DNA of 64,000 nucleotides, taken from the sequence record DRR378314_405; one strand, given 5' to 3'. The notes under the pieces were generated by a model. It was not told the DNA's origin. It did not search any database and was given only the letters and a program-made list of their open reading frames with translations. Both the position numbers and the translations under genes were made by a program. Positions 1-9,627 of this stretch are shown in pieces (positions within the stretch are counted from its first letter, which is position 1; every line of letters begins with the position of its first letter).

Positions 1-324
1 CGCTTCCCTGAACATTCCCGTGAATATTATCGCCAACAGGGAGAGCAGTTTTTCCAAAAACTGGAAGATCGCTTGAGCCGAGCAGCCTTCCTGATGGGTG
101 AGCAGCCAACCCTGGCGGATGTTGGTATTTTTCCTTTCATCCGGCAGTTTGCCAACAGTGACCTGAACTGGTTTGACCAGGCACCCTATCCGCATCTAAG
201 GGCCTGGCTTGCAGGATGGACCTCCTCAGAAGCGTTCATTCACCTGATGAAAAAACGTCCCATCTGGACAGAGGGCAACGCCCCTGTTTACTTCCCCGAT
301 CTCACGACGACAGAGGCGGGTTGA
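1..324 (+). CDS. Glutathione S-transferase family protein, C-terminal part (5' truncated by window)
   Basis: Frame open from base 1 (RFPEHSREYY...LEDRL...FLMGEQPTLADVGIFPFIRQFA...YPHLRAWL), a typical GST C-terminal motif. Confidence 0.85.
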   Translation, partial: RFPEHSREYYRQQGEQFFQKLEDRLSRAAFLMGEQPTLADVGIFPFIRQFANSDLNWFDQAPYPHLRAWLAGWTSSEAFIHLMKKRPIWTEGNAPVYFPDLTTTEAG

Positions 325-821
325 TGGAGGCGGTATATTTTGGCGAGAGTGATGCCATCTTCAGTGACTGCGAAAAATATCGCTATCGTCTTTGGCGGCG
401 TTGGGATGATGGGCCGTCGATCGCTTTTTTAATGCTAAACCCATCAACTGCCGATGCTTTTCGCAATGATCCAACTGTTGAGCGATGCCACCGGCGGGCT
501 GTTGCAATGGGATTTGGTGCATTGGAGGTTGTCAATATCTTCGCCTTTCGCGCTACAGATCCAAAAGATTTGAAAAAGGCTAAAGAACCAATTGGCCCCC
601 TGAATGATCAAATCCTGCTGGAGACAAGCCAACATTGCGACATGACCGTTTGCGCCTGGGGCAGCCACGGCATTCATCGCGACCGGGATCAGGAAGTTCG
701 GCATCTGCTGAAACAGTCCGGGGTCACTCCGCACATTCTGGCGCTGACAAAGTTCAATCAACCGCGCCACCCTCTTTATGTATCCTATTCCGAACGCCCA
801 ATTCCCTGGACAGGTATTTGA
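324..821 (+). CDS. DUF1643 domain protein
   Basis: YRYRLWRRW, FLMLNPSTAD, DPTVERC, VVNIFAFRATDP, CAWG and PRHPLY motifs; ATG at 324 overlaps the GST stop (TGATG). Confidence 0.85.
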   Translation: MEAVYFGESDAIFSDCEKYRYRLWRRWDDGPSIAFLMLNPSTADAFRNDPTVERCHRRAVAMGFGALEVVNIFAFRATDPKDLKKAKEPIGPLNDQILLETSQHCDMTVCAWGSHGIHRDRDQEVRHLLKQSGVTPHILALTKFNQPRHPLYVSYSERPIPWTGI

Positions 822-827
822 ACCCAT

Positions 828-1409
828 ATGGCCAAGCTTTATTTCTATTATTCGACCATGAATGCCGGTAAATCGACCACGCTGCTGCAGTCGGCTTTTA
901 ACTACCAGGAACGGGGCATGCAGACCCTTTTGCTGACGGCCGCGCTGGATGATCGATATGGACTTGGCAAGATCGCTTCGCGCATCGGGCTTGAGGCGGA
1001 AGCCAGCCTGTTCAGCGAGGATACCGATCTGTTACAACTGACCGAAGACACTCTTGAAAGTCGGTCCGTGGACTGCGTGCTTGTGGACGAAAGCCAATTT
1101 CTATCCGGTGACCAGGTTTTTCAACTTTCAGAGGTTGCGGACAAATTGAAAATTCCGGTTCTCTGTTATGGCTTACGTACAGATTTTCAGGGCAACCTTT
1201 TTGAAGGCAGCCAGCATCTGCTGGCTTGGGCGGATGAGCTGAAAGAACTGAAAACCATCTGCCATTGTGGACGCAAAGCAACCATGGTGATCCGGGTCGG
1301 GTCAGATGGAAAACCGCTTGTTGAAGGCGCGCAAAAGGAAATTGGCGGCAACGATAAATATGTCGCCCTTTGCCGCCTGCATTTTAAGCAAGCAACCTAC
1401 GGATCCTAA
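828..1409 (+). CDS. tdk: Thymidine kinase
   Basis: [18 protein letters not shown]-loop, VDESQF, GLRTDF, KTICHCG...YVALCRLH zinc site. Confidence 0.97.
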   Translation: MAKLYFYYSTMNAGKSTTLLQSAFNYQERGMQTLLLTAALDDRYGLGKIASRIGLEAEASLFSEDTDLLQLTEDTLESRSVDCVLVDESQFLSGDQVFQLSEVADKLKIPVLCYGLRTDFQGNLFEGSQHLLAWADELKELKTICHCGRKATMVIRVGSDGKPLVEGAQKEIGGNDKYVALCRLHFKQATYGS

Positions 1410-1410
1410 G

Positions 1411-1797
1411 TCAGGTCCGATCCCGTTTGCGGATATCAACAAGGGCCGCCAATGCCAGGGAAGCCCACCCCAGAATTAAACAGATCCCGCCCGCCGGTGT
1501 AATATTAAACCCCAGATCAATATCGGACCAGGCCCGCAGATAAAGTGATCCGGAAAAAAGCACAATACCGAGGGTCGTCAGCAAAGCGGCAAGGGTCGCA
1601 AACCCATTGCCATATCGCCGCTTGATCAGAATATCAGCGACAACCAACGGCAGTAAGCTGAACATCTGATATTGCAAAGCCGTATTGTGAAAGCGGCTAG
1701 CTTGTTCATCACCGAGGACAATATGCGCGCCGACAGCTCCAAAAATAACGGCTGAGCCACCTAAAAGAGCCGCAAGCATCAACCAGGGAAATCGCAT
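1411..1797 (-). CDS. DUF423 (YgdD/TMEM256) membrane protein
   Basis: GAVGAH, TALQYQ, LFSGSLY and ITPAGG motifs; four hydrophobic segments. Confidence 0.85.
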   Translation of the reverse strand: MRFPWLMLAALLGGSAVIFGAVGAHIVLGDEQASRFHNTALQYQMFSLLPLVVADILIKRRYGNGFATLAALLTTLGIVLFSGSLYLRAWSDIDLGFNITPAGGICLILGWASLALAALVDIRKRDRT

Positions 1798-1811
1798 CTG
1801 ACACCTTCAAT

Positions 1812-1843
1812 AAAAAAGCCGAAGCAAAATGCTCCGGCTTTTT
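1812..1843 (-). terminator. Intrinsic terminator-like hairpin downstream of the pimCD-like pair
   Basis: AAAAAAGCCGAAGC-AAAAT-GCTCCGGCTTTTT stem-loop with A/T tails. Confidence 0.65.
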
Positions 1844-1862
1844 GAATAAGTCTCTTTAGCGC

Positions 1863-2996
1863 TTATGACAAGCTTGAAAACCGGCTCAAATGGAAATCCG
1901 TATTCCCAAACAGCATTTCCAGCGTTGTCAGCCGTTTGAAATAATGACCAATGGAATATTCATCAGTCATACCCATTCCACCATGCAGCTGCACCGATTG
2001 CTGACCAATGAATTTCGCGGCTTTTCCGATTTGCGCCTTGGCTGCAGATACGGCTTTGCGCGTTTCGTCACTATATTCAATATCCAGTTTCATCGCGACC
2101 ATGTCTGACATGGACTTGGATTGCTCTGCATCCATATACATATCCACCATTCGGTGCTGAAGAACCTGAAATTTGCCGATCGGAACACCGAACTGCTTGC
2201 GGGTTTTCAAATATTCGTTGGTGATCTCATTGGATGCAGCCATAGCGCCAACAGCTTCAGCACATAAAGCACCGATTGCCTGATCAACCACTTGTTCGAT
2301 AACCGGAGCTGCTTTGCCTTCTTCACCCAGCAAATTAGTGGCTGGAACAGAGACATTCTCAAAACGAATGTCAGCAGCCCGCTGACCGTCAACCGTTGCA
2401 TACCCCCGAATATCCAGGCCAGATGCGTCTTTATCGACGATGAACAGGGAGATCCCTTCCGCATCCAGTGCCTCGCCGGAAGTGCGGGCAGATACAATAA
2501 TCTTGTCCGCTGTTGCGCCGTGATAAACAACCGCTTTTGATCCATTGAGGATATAATTGGCCCCGGATTTACTGGCTGTTGTCTGAACGTCATTGAGATT
2601 GAAACGAGATTGCGCTTCTGCATACGCAAATGCCAGCATTGTTTCGCCTTCGATGACAGACGGAATAATCTGCTCAATCTGATCCTTGTTACCGGCTTGT
2701 GTCACCAGCTTACCGCCCAACAGAACAGTTGAAACAAACGGCTCCAGCACCAGACCGCGGCCCATGCTTTCCATCATGATCATGATTTCAACAGCACCGC
2801 CGCCAAAACCACCGACCTCTTCGGAAAAAGCCATGCCGAGCCAGCCGAGTTCCGCCATGGTTTTCCAATGGTCCCGGCTAAAGCCAAGTTCAGTTTGGGA
2901 AAGTTTCAGACGATCGTCAGGGCTATAATTATCCAGAACAAAGCGATCTACACTGTCTTTAAGCAGAACCTGTTCTTCTGAGAGTTCAAAATCCAT
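1863..2996 (-). CDS. Acyl-CoA dehydrogenase, PimD-like small subunit
   Basis: ACAD fold motifs (RKQFGVPIGKFQVLQHR, QLHGGMGMT); adjacent to a PimC-like gene. Confidence 0.85.
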   Translation of the reverse strand: MDFELSEEQVLLKDSVDRFVLDNYSPDDRLKLSQTELGFSRDHWKTMAELGWLGMAFSEEVGGFGGGAVEIMIMMESMGRGLVLEPFVSTVLLGGKLVTQAGNKDQIEQIIPSVIEGETMLAFAYAEAQSRFNLNDVQTTASKSGANYILNGSKAVVYHGATADKIIVSARTSGEALDAEGISLFIVDKDASGLDIRGYATVDGQRAADIRFENVSVPATNLLGEEGKAAPVIEQVVDQAIGALCAEAVGAMAASNEITNEYLKTRKQFGVPIGKFQVLQHRMVDMYMDAEQSKSMSDMVAMKLDIEYSDETRKAVSAAKAQIGKAAKFIGQQSVQLHGGMGMTDEYSIGHYFKRLTTLEMLFGNTDFHLSRFSSLS

Positions 2997-3008
2997 TCTT
3001 ATTCTTCC

Positions 3009-4205
3009 TTATAGACCCAAAACCATTTTGGAGATGATGTTACGTTGAATTTCATTGCTGCCACCATAAATGCTGGCTGCTTTCAAATAAAGATGCTCGG
3101 CCATCGGGCCATGTGCATAATCAGGCGCAAAGTTCAGATCATTGCGACCTTCGCGAACGGCAAGACTGTCATAAGCCGCCCCATACATACCGAGAGATTC
3201 AACCAGTAACTCTGTCAGACGTTGCTGGATTTCCGTTCCCTTGATTTTCAGCAGTGACGGCTCTGCCGTCAAGCTCTCCCCTTTTTCGATTTTAGAGAGC
3301 ATTCGAAGCTCGGTATATTCCAGCGCCATGAGATCGACCTCGATCTGGGTCAATTTCCGCATGAAATCCCGGTCTTCGTTCAACAGACCGCCGTTAACTT
3401 TTTCTGTGCTGGCAATTTCCCGAAGATGTTCACAGCGCAGTTTGGATTGGGCAACCCGGGCAATACTTGTCCGCTCATTGCCCAACAGAAATTTGGCATA
3501 GGTCCAGCCTTTATTCTCTTCCCCGATACGATTTGCAATCGGCACACGAACATCATCAAAGAACACTTCGTTCAATGTATGCTCTTTATCCAGCCCGATA
3601 ATCGGCCGAACTGTGATGCCGGGTGTTTTCATATCAATCAGAAGAAATGAGATGCCTTCTTGAGCCTTGACATCCTGAGCCGTCCGGACGAGGCAGAAAA
3701 TCAAGTCTGCGTGCTGGGCATGAGAGGTCCAGATTTTTTGTCCGTTCACAATATAATCATCGCCATCGCGATCTGCGCGTGTTTTCAGTGACGCCAGATC
3801 AGAGCCGGACCCCGGCTCGGAATACCCCTGACACCACCAATCTTCCGAATTCAGGATCCGGGGAAGATAATGATTTTTCTGCTCTTCCGTTCCGAAGGTA
3901 TAAATCACAGGGCCAACCATACTGACGCCGAAAGGCATCGGGTTTGGTGCAGATGCACGGCCCATTTCCTGTGCAAAAATATATTTCTGTGTCGCCGTCC
4001 AGCCGGTCCCGCCATACTCTTTGGGCCAGTTTGGCGCCATCCAGCCCTTGTCATTCAAAATCTTCTGCCAGCGCACCTGGCCTTCTTTTGAAAAATGCAC
4101 ACCACGGCGAAACCGCTCTTTCACGTCGGAAGGCAGGTTCTTATCCAAGAACTCCCTGACCTCTGACTGGAAAGACAATTCTTCGTCTGTAAAAGATAGA
4201 TCCAT
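3009..4205 (-). CDS. Acyl-CoA dehydrogenase, PimC-like large subunit
   Basis: WCQGYSEPGSGSDLASL, NGQKIWTS, LGNER, SIYGGSNEIQRNII. Confidence 0.9.
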   Translation of the reverse strand: MDLSFTDEELSFQSEVREFLDKNLPSDVKERFRRGVHFSKEGQVRWQKILNDKGWMAPNWPKEYGGTGWTATQKYIFAQEMGRASAPNPMPFGVSMVGPVIYTFGTEEQKNHYLPRILNSEDWWCQGYSEPGSGSDLASLKTRADRDGDDYIVNGQKIWTSHAQHADLIFCLVRTAQDVKAQEGISFLLIDMKTPGITVRPIIGLDKEHTLNEVFFDDVRVPIANRIGEENKGWTYAKFLLGNERTSIARVAQSKLRCEHLREIASTEKVNGGLLNEDRDFMRKLTQIEVDLMALEYTELRMLSKIEKGESLTAEPSLLKIKGTEIQQRLTELLVESLGMYGAAYDSLAVREGRNDLNFAPDYAHGPMAEHLYLKAASIYGGSNEIQRNIISKMVLGL

Positions 4206-4257
4206 TGGGGTTTACTCCATTATTCTACAGGACATCTGATGCGTCCATTTTGATGCT

Positions 4258-4286
4258 ATGCTAGGCGGTCTCCAAAAAGATTGCAA
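4258..4286 (-). promoter_or_regulatory. Putative sigma70 promoter of the pimCD-like genes
   Basis: Minus strand TTGCAA-17 bp-TAGCAT about 50 bp upstream of the start. Confidence 0.45.
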
Positions 4287-4362
4287 GCACCGGCTATCAA
4301 CAGCTTCAAAGTTTTGGCATGATATTCAGACCTAAAATGCAGGTCCTAAAACAAGACCCGTG

Positions 4363-5955
4363 TTAATTCCCCGAGAGAATATTGAATTTTGCCGTCGCGT
4401 CACGCTTTATTTGAGCGATCAAGCCAACTTCCCATTCGAGATACTCTTTCATCCGTTCGCGGATTTTATCCTTATTGTCATAAGGCTTATACCACGCATC
4501 CTCTACTGGGCTTAACTGCCCGCTCTCACCCTCTACAAGTTCAAGCCCAGCGCTTTCCCATGCTGCGGTTCCGCCCAAAAGAACGCGAACGATCACTTCG
4601 GGGCGGGCTGCCTGAATTTCCGGAGCGGCCAGATGGGCTATCCGTTCATCTTCAGCGGTCAGAATAACCAGCCCAACGGGCGGCAGCAGCATCATATCTC
4701 TCGGAATTCGGGAGCGAATCATCCAGTTCGCACCCGGGATGTGCCCCGCCCGGAATGTAAGAGAGGGCGAGAGATCCAAAAGAGCCACAGGCTCCCCCGA
4801 CTGCAGAACTGCCGAAAGCTCGTGCGGAGTTACTGTCTCGGTGCCCGCAACCTCGATCTTTTTTTGCGGGCCGGTTTGCATCTCAAAACCGGCAAATTCC
4901 GTCACAACGAAGACCCTGTCCCATCCCAACTGCGACAACCAGCTCGCTGTCATTAAAGCTCTGATCTGTTGATCATCAAATAACACCAGCGTTGCCCCGC
5001 GCACACCGACATACTCATCCGTCGCTTGTACCAATTGGCCGCCGGGCGCGTGTTGAGCGCCGGAAACATGGCTTTCCTCATACTCCTGCAGCGTCCGCAC
5101 ATCGAGCAGGAAAAGGCTGCGATCCTCTCCTTTCAAACGATCCACAGCCGCTTTATCGATCGTTTCAATTCCCAGTTTTTCTGAAAGCGCAGTCGCCCCT
5201 GCCAACGATTTGTCAAACTTTGCCCCACTTGGCATCTCAGCAACCCGGTCCGCGCCATGCTCCAGCGAAAGCCCTTCCAGGTACCAGCCCATGGTTCCGT
5301 CTTTCAGGGCCATGACCGGGTTGTTCACGCCCGCATTAATCAGCGATTGCGCGCCAATAATGCTTCGGGTCCGTCCGGCGCAATTGACCACCACAGGAAT
5401 TGTCTCATCAGGTATATTCTGATGAATGCGGTAGGCAAGCTCGGCCCCCGGCATATCGACCCCACCGGGGATACACATCCGCTGAAATTCTGGATAGGGG
5501 CGGCTGTCGAAAATGGCGATCTTTTCCCCTGACTGCAGTCGATCGTTCAGTTCAGTGGCAGAAATATGCGGGGTTTCGCATTCTTGTTCAACAAACTCGC
5601 CAAACGCTTTGCTTGGCACATTCACGCCGGAAAACAACTCGAACCCGGCCTCTTTCCAGGCGACAACGCCCCCCTCCAGCAGCGACACATCCTGATAGCC
5701 AAATTCGATGAGTTTTTGCCCGGCGCGTTCCGCGTAGTCATCCCCATCGCCCTGATCCAGAAGGACAATAGGAACCGTTCGTCTGGGAAGTAGTCGATCA
5801 ACCTCAAGCTCCAACCGGCTCAAGGGCAGCGGTACCGCATAAAGGGGATGTCCCTGACTATGAACGCCGTGCTCACGCACATCCAGAAAGGCAAGTTCCT
5901 GCCCGGCTTTCACCAGAGTATACACGTCGGCGGCGGATAAGGTCTTTGCTTGCAT
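4363..5955 (-). CDS. Multi-domain rhodanese-related sulfurtransferase (about 4 rhodanese repeats)
   Basis: Repeated LDVR/DSR/GHIPGA/L.GG..AW motifs; one active-site-type loop NCAGRTRS. Confidence 0.9.
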   Translation of the reverse strand: MQAKTLSAADVYTLVKAGQELAFLDVREHGVHSQGHPLYAVPLPLSRLELEVDRLLPRRTVPIVLLDQGDGDDYAERAGQKLIEFGYQDVSLLEGGVVAWKEAGFELFSGVNVPSKAFGEFVEQECETPHISATELNDRLQSGEKIAIFDSRPYPEFQRMCIPGGVDMPGAELAYRIHQNIPDETIPVVVNCAGRTRSIIGAQSLINAGVNNPVMALKDGTMGWYLEGLSLEHGADRVAEMPSGAKFDKSLAGATALSEKLGIETIDKAAVDRLKGEDRSLFLLDVRTLQEYEESHVSGAQHAPGGQLVQATDEYVGVRGATLVLFDDQQIRALMTASWLSQLGWDRVFVVTEFAGFEMQTGPQKKIEVAGTETVTPHELSAVLQSGEPVALLDLSPSLTFRAGHIPGANWMIRSRIPRDMMLLPPVGLVILTAEDERIAHLAAPEIQAARPEVIVRVLLGGTAAWESAGLELVEGESGQLSPVEDAWYKPYDNKDKIRERMKEYLEWEVGLIAQIKRDATAKFNILSGN

Positions 5956-6533
5956 TACCGGGCATCCCGAATATCAACATGTGCCGGGAAAACCCGCCAC
6001 TCCTGCTTGGGCTCACTCCAATATTGGCGTTGATCCAGTTGTTCCAGCGCCAGACCATACATATGAAAATTCAAAACGGGTGTGCCTTTTTGAATGTGAA
6101 TACTGTGGATGTCATCGGCGAGCAGGCAAACACCAGTTCCTTTTTCAACCATGGCAGATCCTTTTTGCGTCACACCCACCGCAGCCTTATCGTAAAAACG
6201 GTTTTCCTCCTGCCCTTTAAGGCCGACAATAACGGCCCAGGTGGTATGGTTATGGGCTGGCGCATCAACCTTACCATCTGCGACATTGGCATAAAGTGCC
6301 AAGCCATGATCGTCATCTTCGGACAAACGATAAAGACAGCTTGTCCGGGGATCATCAGCCCCAGGCGGGGGGAAATCATCAAGGGTAAACAGCTCTTCGC
6401 GGCCTGCCAGTTCAATCAACTCAGCTTCCACAATCGCCAGCGTTTCCGCGGTAATATCTTTGCCTTGTATTTTGTCACGGATCCGGCCAACAACCTGCCC
6501 AACCGCCTCTCTTCGCTCTTGTTTCTTTGACAT
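5955..6533 (-). CDS. Cysteine dioxygenase-family (cupin) thiol dioxygenase
   Basis: PAHNHTTWAVI, DIHSIH and FHMYG (3-His metal site plus His/Tyr); stop overlaps the rhodanese start. Confidence 0.85.
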   Translation of the reverse strand: MSKKQERREAVGQVVGRIRDKIQGKDITAETLAIVEAELIELAGREELFTLDDFPPPGADDPRTSCLYRLSEDDDHGLALYANVADGKVDAPAHNHTTWAVIVGLKGQEENRFYDKAAVGVTQKGSAMVEKGTGVCLLADDIHSIHIQKGTPVLNFHMYGLALEQLDQRQYWSEPKQEWRVFPAHVDIRDAR

Positions 6534-6688
6534 TTGGCCTCCTCTTTTTTACAGAGTATACACTGCAGCGGGGTGATAATTCCACAGCAATAAGCAGTTA
6601 AATTGCCTTTACAGGCGCGACTTGAATGGGGTATGGCCGAAGGCTAAAATCACAACGAGATCCTCAGACAACAAAAACAGGCACAAAC

Positions 6689-8116
6689 ATGTATATTAAT
6701 GGCCAATGGTGTGAAGCCACCGACAATAATCGGTTTTCCGTCTCAAATCCTGCAACCGGTGACATCCTGGGTGATGTGCCAAATGGGGGCCGGGAAGATG
6801 TCAAAAAAGCCATTGATGCCGCGGCAGACGCCTTCAAAAACTGGTCGAAAACAACAGCCTACCAGCGCTCCCAATTCCTCTACCGGGCCTATACCCTGAT
6901 GATCGAAAAGAAGGAGCATCTGGCCGTTACCATGACAAGCGAACAGGGCAAACCCCTGAAAGCTGCCCGAAATGAAGTTCAGTATGGGGCTGACTTCCTG
7001 CTTTGGTATGCCGAAGAAGCCAAACGGATCTACGGAGAAACCCTCCCTGCGCCCCGGGGCGATCAACGCTTTATCGTGCAACAGCATCCCGTCGGCGTTG
7101 TCGGTGCCGTAACCCCGTGGAACTATCCCATCTCCATGCTGACCCGGAAAATTGCACCTGCCTTAGCTGCCGGATGCACGATTGTTTTGAAACCCGCCGA
7201 AGCCACGCCCCTCTGCGCCATTGAGATGTTTAAAATCTTTGAAGAGGCGGCAATTCCGGCTGGGGTTGTCAATCTCGTCACGACGGAGGATCCCAAACCG
7301 ATCGGCGATGAATTCATTTCCAACCCGAAAATTGCCAAATTGACATTCACCGGCTCCACCAATGTGGGGAAAATGCTGGCGCAGGGGGCCGCAGCCAACA
7401 TGAAACGGGTTTCCATGGAGCTTGGCGGACACGCCCCCTTTATCGTCTTTGACGATGCGGATCCGGAACATGCCGCCAAAGGAGTTTCCCTGGTCAAGTT
7501 TCTCAACACCGGTCAGGCCTGCATTAGCCCGAACAGGATTTTTGTCCATAAATCGATTGCCGAGCCGTTTATCGAGACGCTGGAAAACCGGGTCCGCCGC
7601 ATGCGCGGTGGCAATGGCATGGAAGACGGCATTAGCATCGGCCCGCTTGTTGGGCCCGGTGCCGTCGATAAAGTTGAACGGCAGGTTCAGGATGCATTAG
7701 ACAAAGGCGCGCGGCTTGTCTGCGGCGGACATCGACTTCTGGACGATGGATTGGACCGGGGACATTTCTATGCACCGACCGTTCTTGCGGATGTTCGCGA
7801 AGATATGCTGATCTACCGCGAAGAAACCTTTGGCCCAGTGGCCCCCATCCTCACCTTCGAGACCGAAGAAGAGGTTCTTGAAAAAGCCAACGACACCAAT
7901 TACGGCCTGGCGGCATATGTCTACACCCCCAATATTGGCCGGGCTTTCAGAATGTTTGAAGGTCTGAAATTCGGGATCATTGGTATTAATGACATCAACC
8001 CAACAGCAGCAGCGGCGCCCTTTGGCGGCATGAAGGAAAGCGGCCTTGGTCGGGAAGGTGGCCATGAAGGGATTGCCGAATACCTGGAAACCAAGCTTGG
8101 CGGATTTTCAATTTAA
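6689..8116 (+). CDS. gabD: NAD(P)-dependent succinate-semialdehyde dehydrogenase-like aldehyde dehydrogenase
   Basis: TPWNYP, FTGST, MELGG, catalytic GQAC, EETFGP, PFGGMKESG; start taken at MYING. Confidence 0.8.
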   Translation: MYINGQWCEATDNNRFSVSNPATGDILGDVPNGGREDVKKAIDAAADAFKNWSKTTAYQRSQFLYRAYTLMIEKKEHLAVTMTSEQGKPLKAARNEVQYGADFLLWYAEEAKRIYGETLPAPRGDQRFIVQQHPVGVVGAVTPWNYPISMLTRKIAPALAAGCTIVLKPAEATPLCAIEMFKIFEEAAIPAGVVNLVTTEDPKPIGDEFISNPKIAKLTFTGSTNVGKMLAQGAAANMKRVSMELGGHAPFIVFDDADPEHAAKGVSLVKFLNTGQACISPNRIFVHKSIAEPFIETLENRVRRMRGGNGMEDGISIGPLVGPGAVDKVERQVQDALDKGARLVCGGHRLLDDGLDRGHFYAPTVLADVREDMLIYREETFGPVAPILTFETEEEVLEKANDTNYGLAAYVYTPNIGRAFRMFEGLKFGIIGINDINPTAAAAPFGGMKESGLGREGGHEGIAEYLETKLGGFSI

Positions 8117-8160
8117 GCTATAGTTCTCCCCGGTAGGCTTTTTATCGGGGAGAGAGTAAA

Positions 8161-9621
8161 TTGTTTAAAAAAATTGTGATCCTGATCGCGTTGGTCATTG
8201 TCGGACTTGCAGCCGTGGTCGGCTACAATACCGTGATCAACACAGCACCGGAAAAACAGGGAACGGCGATTGCCAAAGTCAAAATTGACGAATTGGCGGC
8301 GGCTAACCGCCTTGCTGCAGCGGTTCGCATCAAGACGATCTCCTATTCCCAAACAGCACCGGTAGAAGCGGAGGCCTTTGATGAGCTTCACGCCCTTATC
8401 GAAGCGGTCTACCCGACTGTCGCCGAAAAACTGGAAAAGACTGTCATTAGCAACCACAGCCTGCTTTATAAGTGGGAAGGTCGGGATCCAGAACTTCCCG
8501 CTGCTGTGCTGATGGGACATATGGACGTGGTTCCCGTTGAAGAGGGAACGGCGCAAAATTGGGAGCATCCTCCCTTCTCTGGCGCAATTGTCGACGGCGC
8601 CATTTGGGGGCGTGGAACCCTTGATGACAAGGTTTCCGTTTTTGGCCTGTTGGAAGCCGCAGAATTTCATTTGAAAGCAGGGCTAAAGCCCAAACAAACA
8701 CTTTATCTTGCCTTTGGTCATGACGAGGAAATTGGCGGTGACCACGGAGCTGGTGAAATTTCAAAACACCTCACCGAACAAGGCGCCAAGGTTGCCTATA
8801 CGCTGGATGAGGGGATGGTTGTCGTCAATGATCTCATGCCCGGTGTCTCCCAACCCATTGCGTTCATCGCCCTGGCAGAGAAAGGGTATCTGACCCTTGA
8901 ATTGACCGCCACTGCAGAGGGAGGGCATTCGTCCATCCCCCCAAAAAAAACAGCCGTTGGCAAGATTGCCCGCGCCATTTCACGGATAGAGGACAATCGC
9001 CTCCCTGCATCCTTGCGCCGTCCGGTGACAGACATGTTTGAAAGCCTATCACCCTATATGCCCCTGTCGCTGAAGGCGATCATCTCCAACCGCTGGTTAC
9101 TGGACCCAGTTTTGATTAATGAACTTGGAAAAGGCGGGGCGACGAATGCCATGGTTCGGACAACCACTGCCGCCACCATCATTGAAGGCGGCACCAAGGA
9201 CAATGTTTTGCCGTCCACCGCGAAGGCCGTTGTTAATTTCCGCATATTGCCCGGTAGCAACATTCAAGGCGTCATTGATCATGTCACTCAGGTCGTCGAT
9301 GACCCTGATGTCCGGATCGACGTCAAACAGGGGAATGAGCCGTCCAAAGTCTCTGATCATACCAGTAGCGGATACCGGCAAATTCAAAGAACCATTGAAG
9401 AAGTTCTGCCTGATGTTCTTGTCTCTCCCGGCTTGATGCTGGCTGGATCAGACAGCAAACATTATGAAGATCTGGCAGAGGATAATTACCGCTTCATTCC
9501 CATGCGCTTTGGACCGGACGATCTGGGCCGCATTCACGGCACGAACGAGCGGATCTTAATTGATAACTATGGTGAAATTATCCGATTTTATATCCGGCTA
9601 ATGGAAAACACCGGAAACTAA
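8161..9621 (+). CDS. M20 family peptidase (carboxypeptidase S/PM20D1-like), N-terminal anchor
   Basis: GHMDVVP, GRGTLDDK, HDEEIGG, LDEG, GGHSS, IHGTNE; hydrophobic N-terminus; TTG start. Confidence 0.9.
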   Translation: MFKKIVILIALVIVGLAAVVGYNTVINTAPEKQGTAIAKVKIDELAAANRLAAAVRIKTISYSQTAPVEAEAFDELHALIEAVYPTVAEKLEKTVISNHSLLYKWEGRDPELPAAVLMGHMDVVPVEEGTAQNWEHPPFSGAIVDGAIWGRGTLDDKVSVFGLLEAAEFHLKAGLKPKQTLYLAFGHDEEIGGDHGAGEISKHLTEQGAKVAYTLDEGMVVVNDLMPGVSQPIAFIALAEKGYLTLELTATAEGGHSSIPPKKTAVGKIARAISRIEDNRLPASLRRPVTDMFESLSPYMPLSLKAIISNRWLLDPVLINELGKGGATNAMVRTTTAATIIEGGTKDNVLPSTAKAVVNFRILPGSNIQGVIDHVTQVVDDPDVRIDVKQGNEPSKVSDHTSSGYRQIQRTIEEVLPDVLVSPGLMLAGSDSKHYEDLAEDNYRFIPMRFGPDDLGRIHGTNERILIDNYGEIIRFYIRLMENTGN

Positions 9622-9627
9622 AAGCGC

